Assembly (NCBI GenBank): GCA_964547435.1
Contig: CAZJOB010000003.1
Location: forward strand, 4,093 to 37,746
Direction of reading: 5' to 3'
Length of the DNA: 33,654 nt
Origin: an uncultured Desulfatiglans sp.
Lineage (GTDB): Bacteria; Desulfobacterota; DSM-4660; Desulfatiglandales; HGW-15
The position numbers and the translations under genes are program-made. Every line of letters starts with the position of its first letter. Within the stretch, counting starts at the first letter, position 1. Below the pieces are notes generated by a model. It was not told the origin of the DNA and ran no database searches. It saw only the letters and a list, made by a program, of their open reading frames with translations. Below are positions 25,788 to 33,654 of this stretch, piece by piece.

Positions 25788-26543
25788 ATGACCAGAATCA
25801 GGCCGAGCGGCGGCTACAGGTCAACCGCCAGCTTTCAGACTGCAACTATAATTTATGATGCCACATACTGGTTTTGTGAAAAGTTTCTAAACCCTCATGG
25901 CCGCATGGCAGACCAGATGGTTCAGGCGGCGCGTTCGGGACGGCAGAATATTGCTGAGGGCAGCAGAGCGGCAGCCACATCCTCTCAAACCGAATTGCGC
26001 CTGCTTAATGTGGCGAGGGCCAGTTTGGAGGAACTGCTGCTTGACTTCGAAGACTTTCTTCGCCACCGGCATTTGATCCAATGGGCTCCTGATTCAGTGG
26101 AAGCGCGGGCCGTTCGCGGGGTTCCGAAGAGGTTCAAGACAAATCAGCCGGATCAGCCTGATTTGACGGATTTAACAGACCAGGCGCGGTGGGCCCTTTA
26201 CGCGCCCTGGCTGGATCACGATGACCCTGCTGTCCGATCCAATGCTATTATCTGTCTGATACATCAGGCAAATTTTCTGCTTGACCAACAGATTACGGCG
26301 CTCGAAAAGGGCTTTGTAGAAGAAGGCGGCTACAGCGAACAGCTTGCAGCCCAGAGGCTGGCATTCAGGGCAAAGAGAAAATCTGATCAGCAGGATCGGG
26401 CTGATCCGTCTGATCAGATTCCCTTTTGCCCGATCTGCGGCAAGACAATGGTGGTGAGGACCGCTAAAAGCGGTAAAAATGCAGGCAACCGCTTCTGGGG
26501 CTGCTCGGATTATCCGAATTGTAAAGGGGTTGTGAAGCTATGA
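25788..26543 (+). CDS. Four-helix-bundle protein (23S rRNA intervening-sequence protein / Avd-like family with 'suffix' domain) fused to a topoisomerase-type C4 zinc finger
   Basis: AGGAGG lies upstream. The sequence contains ...QMVQAARSGRQNIAEGS...LLNVARASLEELLLDFEDFL..., then FVEEGGYSEQLAAQRLAFR and low-complexity SDQ/PDL repeats. It ends CPICGKTMVVRTAKSGKNAGNRFWGCSDYPNCKG. Family names are from memory. Confidence 0.75.
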   Translation: MTRIRPSGGYRSTASFQTATIIYDATYWFCEKFLNPHGRMADQMVQAARSGRQNIAEGSRAAATSSQTELRLLNVARASLEELLLDFEDFLRHRHLIQWAPDSVEARAVRGVPKRFKTNQPDQPDLTDLTDQARWALYAPWLDHDDPAVRSNAIICLIHQANFLLDQQITALEKGFVEEGGYSEQLAAQRLAFRAKRKSDQQDRADPSDQIPFCPICGKTMVVRTAKSGKNAGNRFWGCSDYPNCKGVVKL

Positions 26544-26608
26544 TAAAATAGCCTGCGTTTGGCCTGCAATTTTCACTTTTGGCCTGGTTTTTTTCCTGAT
26601 ATTATTCA

Positions 26609-27985
26609 TCAACCTTCTGTTTCCGTCTTTTTCTTCCTGTTTTCTTCCATGTAAAATGTCACTTTCTCATCTGTCAAACCATAAAACGTCATGACAAAAC
26701 CTGCCATAAGGTAGCATGCCACAGGCAGGAGCGCGATAAGATTCATGAGGCTGCTGACAAATTCAGGTGTCACTTCCATATTTGCTTCATAACCTATGAA
26801 TGCCCAGAATGCGGGAATTATGGTAAGGGCTATGGCCATACCTATTTTTATCGGCATTGTATACATGGACATGATAAAGGCGCTGGCATTTTTCCCTGTC
26901 CTGTAATAACCGTATTCAGCGGTATCCATATACATTGCCTGTCTTATAGGCATAGGCAGATAGACAATAAGATTTGTGCAGCAAATAATCGAAATATAGG
27001 CAATGGGGCTGCCTGCACCAAACACACGAAGAATTATATACCCTATGATGCCGATAAAAGCCGTATAGACACATATCCCCTTTTTACCCGTCTTCTTTGT
27101 GACGGCAGGCGCTATCAGGGTGCATATCAGAATTGAAATGGCTGTTGATAAAGAATAGTATGTCATCCATGAACCGTCACCCGCCACATATTTAAAATAA
27201 TAGGCAGCAACAGATGTAAGTCCGAATATTGCCACATCTTTTAAGGTATCGGCAATCATTATTAATAAAAGGGGCCTGTTGCCGAGTATCTGCATAATCA
27301 TTTCAAACCCGGTAAAATTATGAGAAGCCTTAAATTTTTTACCAGGATCATATACGTCATATTCTTTTGTCTGAATGAACAGATTCCAGTATCCTGACAC
27401 CTGTAATGCGGCAAGCACGATTACCGTCAGAAAAAACCCATGTGATTCGCCATAGGTTTTATTCAGATAATTCAGAATGTTAATAGCCACAACGCTGAAT
27501 ATGATTTGTGAAGCATACTGATATTGGACGTTCCTTGCCGAAAGGATTGCCCTGTCTTCTACATGGTCTGAGAGCACCGAAATAAGGCCAAGCTGGGCAT
27601 TAAATGCGAAATTAATGCTGACATGAGCTAAAAGATATGCCGCGCCCAGATAGAATATTTTAGTCCAGTAGTGTATCGAAGGTATGTTAGTGAAGGTTAG
27701 AGTAAAAAAAACAAATGTGGACAATGGTAAAAACAGAAGCCATGAACGAAATTGACCCCATCTGAACTGTGTTTTCTGAATTATAACCCCGCCTACAGGT
27801 ATTGATATAGCATCCACTATATGAGTAATAAACATGAATATGGTCAAATGTGCAGGAACGATCAACGCGACATCTGTCATAAAGTAGCTATAGTAGTAAA
27901 CCGCCACCATCATCATGATATTAAATGTCATAGTAGCGAAACCGTAGCTGTGTATTATGGAGAAGGGAAGCCTTTTATCAATCAT
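26609..27985 (-). CDS. GPH-family (MelB-like) MFS cation symporter
   Basis: 458 aa with about 12 hydrophobic segments. THIVDAISIPVGGVIIQKTQFRWGQFRSWLLF matches the GPH D-x-x-D-P-x-x-G...G-x-F-R-P-W signature region. Confidence 0.8.
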   Translation of the reverse strand: MIDKRLPFSIIHSYGFATMTFNIMMMVAVYYYSYFMTDVALIVPAHLTIFMFITHIVDAISIPVGGVIIQKTQFRWGQFRSWLLFLPLSTFVFFTLTFTNIPSIHYWTKIFYLGAAYLLAHVSINFAFNAQLGLISVLSDHVEDRAILSARNVQYQYASQIIFSVVAINILNYLNKTYGESHGFFLTVIVLAALQVSGYWNLFIQTKEYDVYDPGKKFKASHNFTGFEMIMQILGNRPLLLIMIADTLKDVAIFGLTSVAAYYFKYVAGDGSWMTYYSLSTAISILICTLIAPAVTKKTGKKGICVYTAFIGIIGYIILRVFGAGSPIAYISIICCTNLIVYLPMPIRQAMYMDTAEYGYYRTGKNASAFIMSMYTMPIKIGMAIALTIIPAFWAFIGYEANMEVTPEFVSSLMNLIALLPVACYLMAGFVMTFYGLTDEKVTFYMEENRKKKTETEG

Positions 27986-28213
27986 ATAATATGATCTCCT
28001 GAAAGATTAGAGGTATGTTGCTTTTAAATCTGCTGCCTGATAAATGCCTTTTAGTGAATGTTTTTTGCAGGCATTCATTGATAAAATATTTAGTATATAA
28101 ATATACTTTTCTCAAGATAATAATCTGATGAAAGGCTGAAAAATTTTCTGTAAAAGTCTCCTTGAAAAACAGTCCCTCTTTTCTTACAATGTCTTTCACA
28201 AAAGGAGTGAGTT

Positions 28214-28936
28214 ATGGACCTTAAATTAAAAGACAAAGTGGCGATCGTCACGGGCGCTGGAAGCCAAATAGGCTATGGCAGGGCCATAGCCCTTACCCTT
28301 GCTCAGGAAGGCTGTGATCTTGTCCTGGGTGACATAGATATCGAGGGAACGAACAAGACCGCAAATGAAATAAGGGCCTATGGCAGAAAGGCCCTTGTTG
28401 TAAAGGTCGATGTTACAGACCGTGCCCAGGTAAATGAAATGGTAAAAAAGGGCATCGATGAATTGGGCGGAATAGATATTCTGGTAAACAACGCGGGCGC
28501 GAGCAGCAGAATGATGCCATTCGTTGAGTCCACAGGAAGGGACTGGGAATATGATATAGGGGTCAACCTTATCGGGCAGATGAATGTGGCCCATGCTGTT
28601 CTGCCTTCCATGATGTCACGCGGATTCGGCAGAATAATAAACACCTCCGGAGGACAGGGCATCCCCGCACTTTCCATGTATGGCGCGGCAAAGGCAGGCA
28701 TAGTGGCATTCAGCAGGGCGCTTAATAAGGAGCTGCAGGGCACAGGAATAATTGTCAAGGTATATTCTCCGGGCCTTGGGGCAACCGGTCTTACTTCCGA
28801 TGATCCCCGAATGGACAGCATCGCGCCGACCCTGCCGCTCGGAAGGTTATGCACACCCCAGGATGTGGCGCCCTTTGTCGCGTTTCTGGCCTCGGAGTTG
28901 AGCGACTATATGGCAGTGTCAATGGCAGGCATGTAA
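28214..28936 (+). CDS. Short-chain dehydrogenase/reductase (FabG-like)
   Basis: It has the TGAGSQIGYG cofactor motif, NNAG, and the catalytic S...YGAAK. Confidence 0.9.
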   Translation: MDLKLKDKVAIVTGAGSQIGYGRAIALTLAQEGCDLVLGDIDIEGTNKTANEIRAYGRKALVVKVDVTDRAQVNEMVKKGIDELGGIDILVNNAGASSRMMPFVESTGRDWEYDIGVNLIGQMNVAHAVLPSMMSRGFGRIINTSGGQGIPALSMYGAAKAGIVAFSRALNKELQGTGIIVKVYSPGLGATGLTSDDPRMDSIAPTLPLGRLCTPQDVAPFVAFLASELSDYMAVSMAGM

Positions 28937-28948
28937 AAGGATAGCGCA

Positions 28949-30658
28949 ATGAAAATAACGTCGGACATACTGGTGATAGGCGCAGGAGGTGCGGGCGCCA
29001 GGGCAGCCATTGAGGCTGCTGCCATGGCTCCCGGGATGAAGATTATCATTCTCAGCCAGGGGCCCATAGGAAAAAGCGGGCTTACAGCCATGGCAAATGG
29101 AGGAATGGTGTGGGTTGATCATCCGGATGACAGCCCGGAGGCCCTTTTCGAGGATATCCTTCGATATGGCTGCTATCTGAACGAGCAGAATCTTGTCGAG
29201 GCTCTGACCACAGAGGGTCCTTCAAGGGCGCGGGAGCTGATAAACTGGGGCGCCGAAATGATCCCCTTTGACAAAAGCGGAGGCCGTTCATCCGAAGGAG
29301 AAAAAAGGCCCGCCAGTTCGCGGGGCCACTACATCCCCGGCGTGAACTACATGAGGGCCCTGAAAAATGAGATTGCGCGTCATTCAAATATCATCGTCTT
29401 TGAGGACGTGGCAGTCACAAGGCTGATAACCTCCGGCAACCGGGTCGCCGGGGCATTTGTCCTGAACATACGCAATGGCGATTATTTCCTGATCGAGGCA
29501 AAGGCTGTTGTCCTTGCCACCGGAGGACTGGGAGAGATCTATCCTCATTCCACAAACGCGCCCTTTGGAATGCGCGGCCACGCGACCGGCGCCGGCTATT
29601 CAATGGCATATCAGGCCGGCGCGGAACTTATAGATATGGAGATGGTGCAGTTTACGGGCAATCAGATCTATCCGGCCTGGCTTCTCGGAAATCCCGAATT
29701 ATTGTGCACCATGTGCGGAGGCAAATACATAAATGCCCTTGGCCATGAATTCATCAAGCAGCCTCAGCCGAGGGACGCAATTCAGAGAGCCGCATATAAA
29801 GAGATCAGGGAAGGCAGGGGAACTGAAAAGGGAGGTGTATTTATCGACCTTACATGTTCTTCACTGACCGGTGAAGAGATAGAGGAACAGCTTAAACACT
29901 CACTTGCCGAGGAGGTCGCGAAGGAAAGGTGGCAGCTTATCAAGAGAATGAGCGTGAATGATCCTGATCCAAAGAGATGGAGGATTGAGTTCTCCCCAGG
30001 AGGCGCCCATTTTTTTATGGGGGGCGTCCGAATAAATGAAAGATGCGAGACCAGCCTGGAAGGACTTTTCGCCGCGGGCGAGGTGTCGGGAGGCGTGCAT
30101 GGCGCAAACAGGATGGGAGGAAACGCCATGGTCGAAATAATCGTTTTCGGCGCCAGGGCAGGGAGATACGCCTTTGAATACGCCCGTGAAGCAGGCGAAA
30201 CCACATATGAGGACCCCTCAAAAGAAGAGCATGAAAGACTTTGCGGATTTTTCAGGGATAAAGGCATCTCTTCAGGGGAAATAACAAAAAGGGTTGCGGC
30301 AATCATGTCGGAATATGCAGGGGTGGCAAGAACAGAGAATGGCCTTAACAAGGCCCTGTCGGCCCTGCGGTCAATAAGGAACGATGACCTGCCCAGGCTG
30401 CGGGCGCCCTCCGGCCTGAACTTTAACCAGAAATGGATTGAGGCCATCCAGGTTCCATGCATGCTCGATGTTGCGGAGATGATAATTATGTCCGCCCTTT
30501 TAAGGACAGAAAGCCGGGGCGCCCACTTTCGCGAGGACTATCCTGAGACAAAATCCGAATGGCTGAGGCATACAATGGCAATAAAACAATCAGATCATAT
30601 GGAAACCGGCACAGCGCCTGTGACCATCACAAAATCGAATCCGGAGGGAAAGATATGA
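28949..30658 (+). CDS. FAD-dependent oxidoreductase of the SdhA/FrdA/NadB superfamily (divergent)
   Basis: It has the dinucleotide fold DILVIGAGGAGARAA, plus GGLGEIY and ESRGAHFREDYPE. The covalent-FAD His position reads KSGLTAMANGG (Gly), and the HPT motif reads QFTGNQ. Confidence 0.85.
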   Translation: MKITSDILVIGAGGAGARAAIEAAAMAPGMKIIILSQGPIGKSGLTAMANGGMVWVDHPDDSPEALFEDILRYGCYLNEQNLVEALTTEGPSRARELINWGAEMIPFDKSGGRSSEGEKRPASSRGHYIPGVNYMRALKNEIARHSNIIVFEDVAVTRLITSGNRVAGAFVLNIRNGDYFLIEAKAVVLATGGLGEIYPHSTNAPFGMRGHATGAGYSMAYQAGAELIDMEMVQFTGNQIYPAWLLGNPELLCTMCGGKYINALGHEFIKQPQPRDAIQRAAYKEIREGRGTEKGGVFIDLTCSSLTGEEIEEQLKHSLAEEVAKERWQLIKRMSVNDPDPKRWRIEFSPGGAHFFMGGVRINERCETSLEGLFAAGEVSGGVHGANRMGGNAMVEIIVFGARAGRYAFEYAREAGETTYEDPSKEEHERLCGFFRDKGISSGEITKRVAAIMSEYAGVARTENGLNKALSALRSIRNDDLPRLRAPSGLNFNQKWIEAIQVPCMLDVAEMIIMSALLRTESRGAHFREDYPETKSEWLRHTMAIKQSDHMETGTAPVTITKSNPEGKI

Positions 30659-31053
30659 ACAGCGGACACGTAACCCTGAAAATATTCAGATATGACCCTC
30701 TTATTGACCGCGCGCCGGTTTATAAAACCTACGAGGTCCCCTGGCATGAAGGGCTGCTCCTCCTGCCCGCCGTAAAATATGTTCGTGACAACTTAGATGA
30801 AACGCTCGCTTTCAGGGACTACTGCTGCGGCTGTTCATGGTGCATGTCCTGCCTCATGATGGTAAACGGCAAAGGGATGAGGACATGTTCAAGGGTTCTT
30901 CATTCGGGAGAAATGATCCTTCTGGAACCGATGAAAGGATTCCCAATTATCAGGGACCTTGTTGTTGACTTTGGAATAGACATCACTACACCTGAAGGGG
31001 TCTTTAAGAAGATGGAAGGGACCTTGCTGAGGAGAGTTTCAGGCATTACTTAG
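30655..31053 (+). CDS. SdhB/FrdB-like iron-sulfur subunit reduced to the N-terminal [2Fe-2S] domain
   Basis: This is the track ORF trimmed to ATG 30655 (GGAGGG 7 nt upstream; ATGA overlap with the flavoprotein stop). CGCSWCMSCLMMVNGKGMRTC contains a C-x4-C-x2-C-x11-C pattern. FPIIRDLVVD is followed by the stop, so there is no CxxCxxCxxxCP domain. Confidence 0.8.
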   Translation: MNSGHVTLKIFRYDPLIDRAPVYKTYEVPWHEGLLLLPAVKYVRDNLDETLAFRDYCCGCSWCMSCLMMVNGKGMRTCSRVLHSGEMILLEPMKGFPIIRDLVVDFGIDITTPEGVFKKMEGTLLRRVSGIT

Positions 31054-33169
31054 CGTCAAGTATATCCCTGATCTTGGCGGAAAGAACAGGTATGGAAAAG
31101 GGCTTCTGAATAAACTGAACCCCCTTATCCAGCACCCCCTGATGAGCTATAACATCAGCCATATAACCCGACATGAATAGTATTTTTATTCGGGGGTATT
31201 TTGAACTGAGGCTGTCTGCTAGTTCTTTTCCATTCATCTTAGGCATTATCACATCGGTCATAAGCACATCTATCTCCCCGCCCATGGATTCCGCCTTTCT
31301 AAATGCCTCTTCCGGCGAGCAGGCCGTCACCACCCTGTAGCCCAGTTTTTCAAGGATATCCCTGTTCATCATGAGCAGGTCCTCTTCATCCTCCACTACC
31401 AGCACGGTTTCGCCCTTTCCCTTCGCCTTTATTGTCTCGCCCTCTTTCTTCGATACTGTCACATCACCGGTGAAACGTGGAAGGTATATCTCGAATGTGG
31501 AACCGCTGCCCGGTTCACTTCGCACATTGATAATTCCATCATGTTGTTTGACAATACCATAAACAGTTGACAGGCCGAGGCCGGTCCCTTTGCCCATCTC
31601 CTTGGTGGTAAAAAACGGCTCGAATATGTGATCAAGGTTTTCCTTCTCAATGCCCCGGCCATTGTCGCTGACAGAAAGCATAACATATTCTTCACCCTCT
31701 ATTCCCGGATTCACTGTAAAATTTAAGGCCCTGGACATTACATTCGATGTCTCTATTTCAATCCTGCCGACCCCGTCTATTGCATCACGCGCGTTGACAC
31801 AAAGGTTCGTTAACACCTGATCAAGTTGAGACGGGTCAATCTTTACATGCCACAGGTCTTTTCCCGGTCTCCACTCACATTCGATATCTTCACCGATCAA
31901 TCTTTTAAGCAACAGAAAGGTTTTTGACAACCGCTCATTCAGATTGATAACTTCGGGCATAACAGTCTGTTTTCTGGAAAAGGCCATGAGCTGCCGGATA
32001 AGTTCGGCTGAACGCTTTGCTGCGTCCTGTATGGTTTTCATCTTTTCCCTTATGGATTCAGGCGCGTCCACATCGAGCAGTCCCAGTTCCACGTTGCCAA
32101 GGATCACACCCAGAATATTATTGAAATCATGCGCAATGCCTCCTGCTAGCAGGCCGACAGATTCCAGTTTTTGCGCCTGGTTGATCTGAGACTGAAGCCT
32201 TTCACGTTTTTGGATCTCCTGTTTCTTTTCGGTTACATCTCTTACAACAAGGACGCCTGCCACAATGGTTCCATTGCTGTCCAGGATTGGCGCAGCGCTG
32301 GCAGACACCCACGTGTCGATATTATTACTTCTGCGTATCAGCGCCTCCTCTTCCCTGATGATCTCTCCGTTCAGCAGGGCCCGCGCCAGGGGGAACTCTT
32401 CAAAGCGATATAGAGATCCATCCTCTCTGAAGGCCTCCCAGTTTATGTTATCCGGCCTGTATTCATTTGCAGGGCCGGTCAACCTGACCGGGCCAAAAAG
32501 GCTCAATGCCGTGGAATTTACCCAGAGGATCTCTGAATATTCGGCGTTTGAAATTATGATGCCTATCGGTGAATTCATGACAGCCGCCTCAAGAAGCGCC
32601 TTTGTGCGTTCAGTTTCTTCAGTCTTCTTCCTTACTATTTCATCCAGGTTTGCGATCTGATCCTTTACCTTTCTGTTTAGATCCCATTTGCATGTAAGAG
32701 CATGAGCAAGCTGAAGCACTTCCACATTATCAAACGGTTTTTTGAGTATCAGCAGGTTGTCGTTTTCACCCAGCAGGCCGTGAATCTCATGCCATGAGTA
32801 GTCGGCGTAGGCTGTGCAAAGCACCGCCTGAATATCGGGACATTCCCGCCAGAGATGCCTGATTGTTTCAATGCCATCCCATCCCGGAGGCATGCGGCCA
32901 TCCACAAAGGTCATGGCGTAGGGCCGCCCGCTGTCTCTGGCCTGTATGACCATATCAAGCCCTTCATTTCCCTGTAAGGCAAAATCGACCTCAAAGGAGC
33001 TTGTCACATTATTCTGAGGCGCAGTCCCGAACAACATTGATTCCATATTGACCAGGCTGCTGTCCTGCTCAAACGTTCTGGTCAGTATCTTTCGGAAGTC
33101 ATCATGAATATCGGCATTGTCGTCAATAACCAGGATGCGGTAAGACTGTTTTGTTTTGTCAGTACTCAT
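31046..33169 (-). CDS. Hybrid sensor histidine kinase (REC - coiled coil - PAS - HisKA - HATPase_c - REC)
   Basis: The N-terminal receiver reads RILVIDDN...FVDGRMP...LKKPF. It is followed by a PAS-like region, the H-box GIAHDFNNIL, the ATPase boxes DNGRGI / GTGLGLS, and a C-terminal receiver reading VLVVEDE...DVIMPKMNG...QKPF. Confidence 0.9.
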   Translation of the reverse strand: MSTDKTKQSYRILVIDDNADIHDDFRKILTRTFEQDSSLVNMESMLFGTAPQNNVTSSFEVDFALQGNEGLDMVIQARDSGRPYAMTFVDGRMPPGWDGIETIRHLWRECPDIQAVLCTAYADYSWHEIHGLLGENDNLLILKKPFDNVEVLQLAHALTCKWDLNRKVKDQIANLDEIVRKKTEETERTKALLEAAVMNSPIGIIISNAEYSEILWVNSTALSLFGPVRLTGPANEYRPDNINWEAFREDGSLYRFEEFPLARALLNGEIIREEEALIRRSNNIDTWVSASAAPILDSNGTIVAGVLVVRDVTEKKQEIQKRERLQSQINQAQKLESVGLLAGGIAHDFNNILGVILGNVELGLLDVDAPESIREKMKTIQDAAKRSAELIRQLMAFSRKQTVMPEVINLNERLSKTFLLLKRLIGEDIECEWRPGKDLWHVKIDPSQLDQVLTNLCVNARDAIDGVGRIEIETSNVMSRALNFTVNPGIEGEEYVMLSVSDNGRGIEKENLDHIFEPFFTTKEMGKGTGLGLSTVYGIVKQHDGIINVRSEPGSGSTFEIYLPRFTGDVTVSKKEGETIKAKGKGETVLVVEDEEDLLMMNRDILEKLGYRVVTACSPEEAFRKAESMGGEIDVLMTDVIMPKMNGKELADSLSSKYPRIKILFMSGYMADVIAHQGVLDKGVQFIQKPFSIPVLSAKIRDILDAK

Positions 33170-33654
33170 ATTCTTTCTCCTGGCGAGATGGGGAGCTCAA
33201 GTATAAAGGTCGCGCCCTTTCCCGGACCATCACTGAACACACTGAGGCTGCCTCCGAGTTCACGGGCTGCCAGGGCGCCGCTGTGTAGACCAAATCCGTG
33301 ACCGGACGGCCGGGTTGTAAAACCATACTGAAAGATGCGGGTCATGTTTTGCCGGGATATGCCAACCCCGTTGTCCATAACCTCCATTCTTACAAAATGA
33401 TTGCGTCTCCTGATTCGCAATGTAACGATTTTTTCCATTCCGCCATTTTCACTGCATGCATATTTTGCATTATTGATCAGGTTCAGCAATATCTGAATAA
33501 CCTTGTTTTTGTCAACATGAATGGCTGGCAGGGACTCATAATCCTTTATAACGGTAATTCCATGCCTGACCAGGGCTTCAGCATGAAATTTGAGCGTGTC
33601 TTCCATTAATTTTTCAGGGCTGATGGACTCACTCACACCTGAAACACGTCCGTA
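33166..33654 (-). CDS. Sensor histidine kinase, C-terminal HATPase_c part; 5' end lies outside the window
   Basis: The frame is open to the window edge. It has the N box LINNAKYA, the G1 box DNGVGI and the G2 box GHGFGLH. Its stop overlaps the next kinase's start (ATGA). Confidence 0.8.
   Translation of the reverse strand, partial: YGRVSGVSESISPEKLMEDTLKFHAEALVRHGITVIKDYESLPAIHVDKNKVIQILLNLINNAKYACSENGGMEKIVTLRIRRRNHFVRMEVMDNGVGISRQNMTRIFQYGFTTRPSGHGFGLHSGALAARELGGSLSVFSDGPGKGATFILELPISPGERI

Noticed and set aside
25316-26543. Diversity-generating retroelement: Avd-like four-helix-bundle gene next to ~115-bp repeats
   Set aside because: No reverse transcriptase ORF is anywhere in the window. 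The second repeat copy is 9.5 kb away in non-coding DNA. The mismatches between copies are not adenine-specific (g/c and a/g changes plus an indel). The repeats are better explained as MITE-like elements.
27978-28199. 73-aa minus-strand ORF between the GPH transporter and the SDR gene
   Set aside because: It occupies the AT-rich divergent promoter region, has no RBS and overlaps the transporter start. It is most likely non-coding.
29782-30462. 226-aa minus-strand ORF, plus other ORFs antisense to the flavoprotein, SDR, P-family, selenoprotein, cysteine desulfurase and TonB-receptor genes (for example 6996..7616, 4599..5156, 5160..5744, 21403..21843, 28378..28854)
   Set aside because: All are nested antisense within ORFs that have clear family signatures and ribosome-binding sites. 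None has an RBS or recognisable motifs.
30559-30654. N-terminal extensions in the track ORFs (30559 for the 2Fe-2S subunit, 11251 for P5, 6056 for the selenoprotein candidate, 1884 for the ferredoxin)
   Set aside because: In each case an internal start codon has a strong GGAGG-type ribosome-binding site at correct spacing and yields a sensible N-terminus: a signal peptide, or an ATGA coupling. The longer versions have no RBS.
1-33654. CRISPR arrays, rRNA genes, transposase, integrase or phage genes
   Set aside because: I found no regularly spaced direct repeats with unique spacers. No ORF has recognisable transposase, integrase, capsid or terminase motifs. The only repeats are dispersed inverted copies.

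Overview
This 33.6-kb window is almost fully coding. Gene content and the intergenic repeat families suggest an anaerobic, probably deltaproteobacterial (Desulfobacterota-like) chromosome; that assignment is inference only.

The left third (1-11.25 kb, all on the minus strand) looks accessory and is the most interesting part. It holds five paralogous genes for exported proteins of a family I cannot name, totalling seven repeated ~300-aa modules. Among them sits a gene that the ORF track splits in two at an in-frame TGA. Read through, that gene gives an exported U-x-x-C selenoprotein candidate with a GrdB/PrdB/'UGSC'-like core and an unassigned C-terminal domain. A Tat-signal 4x[4Fe-4S] ferredoxin and a tungsten/molybdenum AOR-family oxidoreductase, which runs off the left edge, follow on the same strand.

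The rest of the window is mostly recognisable:
- a small operon starting next to tRNA-Met(CAU): HExxH protein, FmdB zinc ribbon, DUF507-like protein, fabD, DUF169
- etfBA and ppdK
- a NifS/IscS-type cysteine desulfurase
- a TonB-dependent receptor
- an orphan four-helix-bundle protein with a topoisomerase-type zinc finger
- a divergent GPH transporter / SDR / SdhA-like flavoprotein / truncated 2Fe-2S subunit cluster
- two tandem sensor kinases, the last one running off the right edge

The four large intergenic regions are mosaics of short repeat families (MITE-like hairpin elements). No CRISPR array, rRNA, transposase or integrase was seen.
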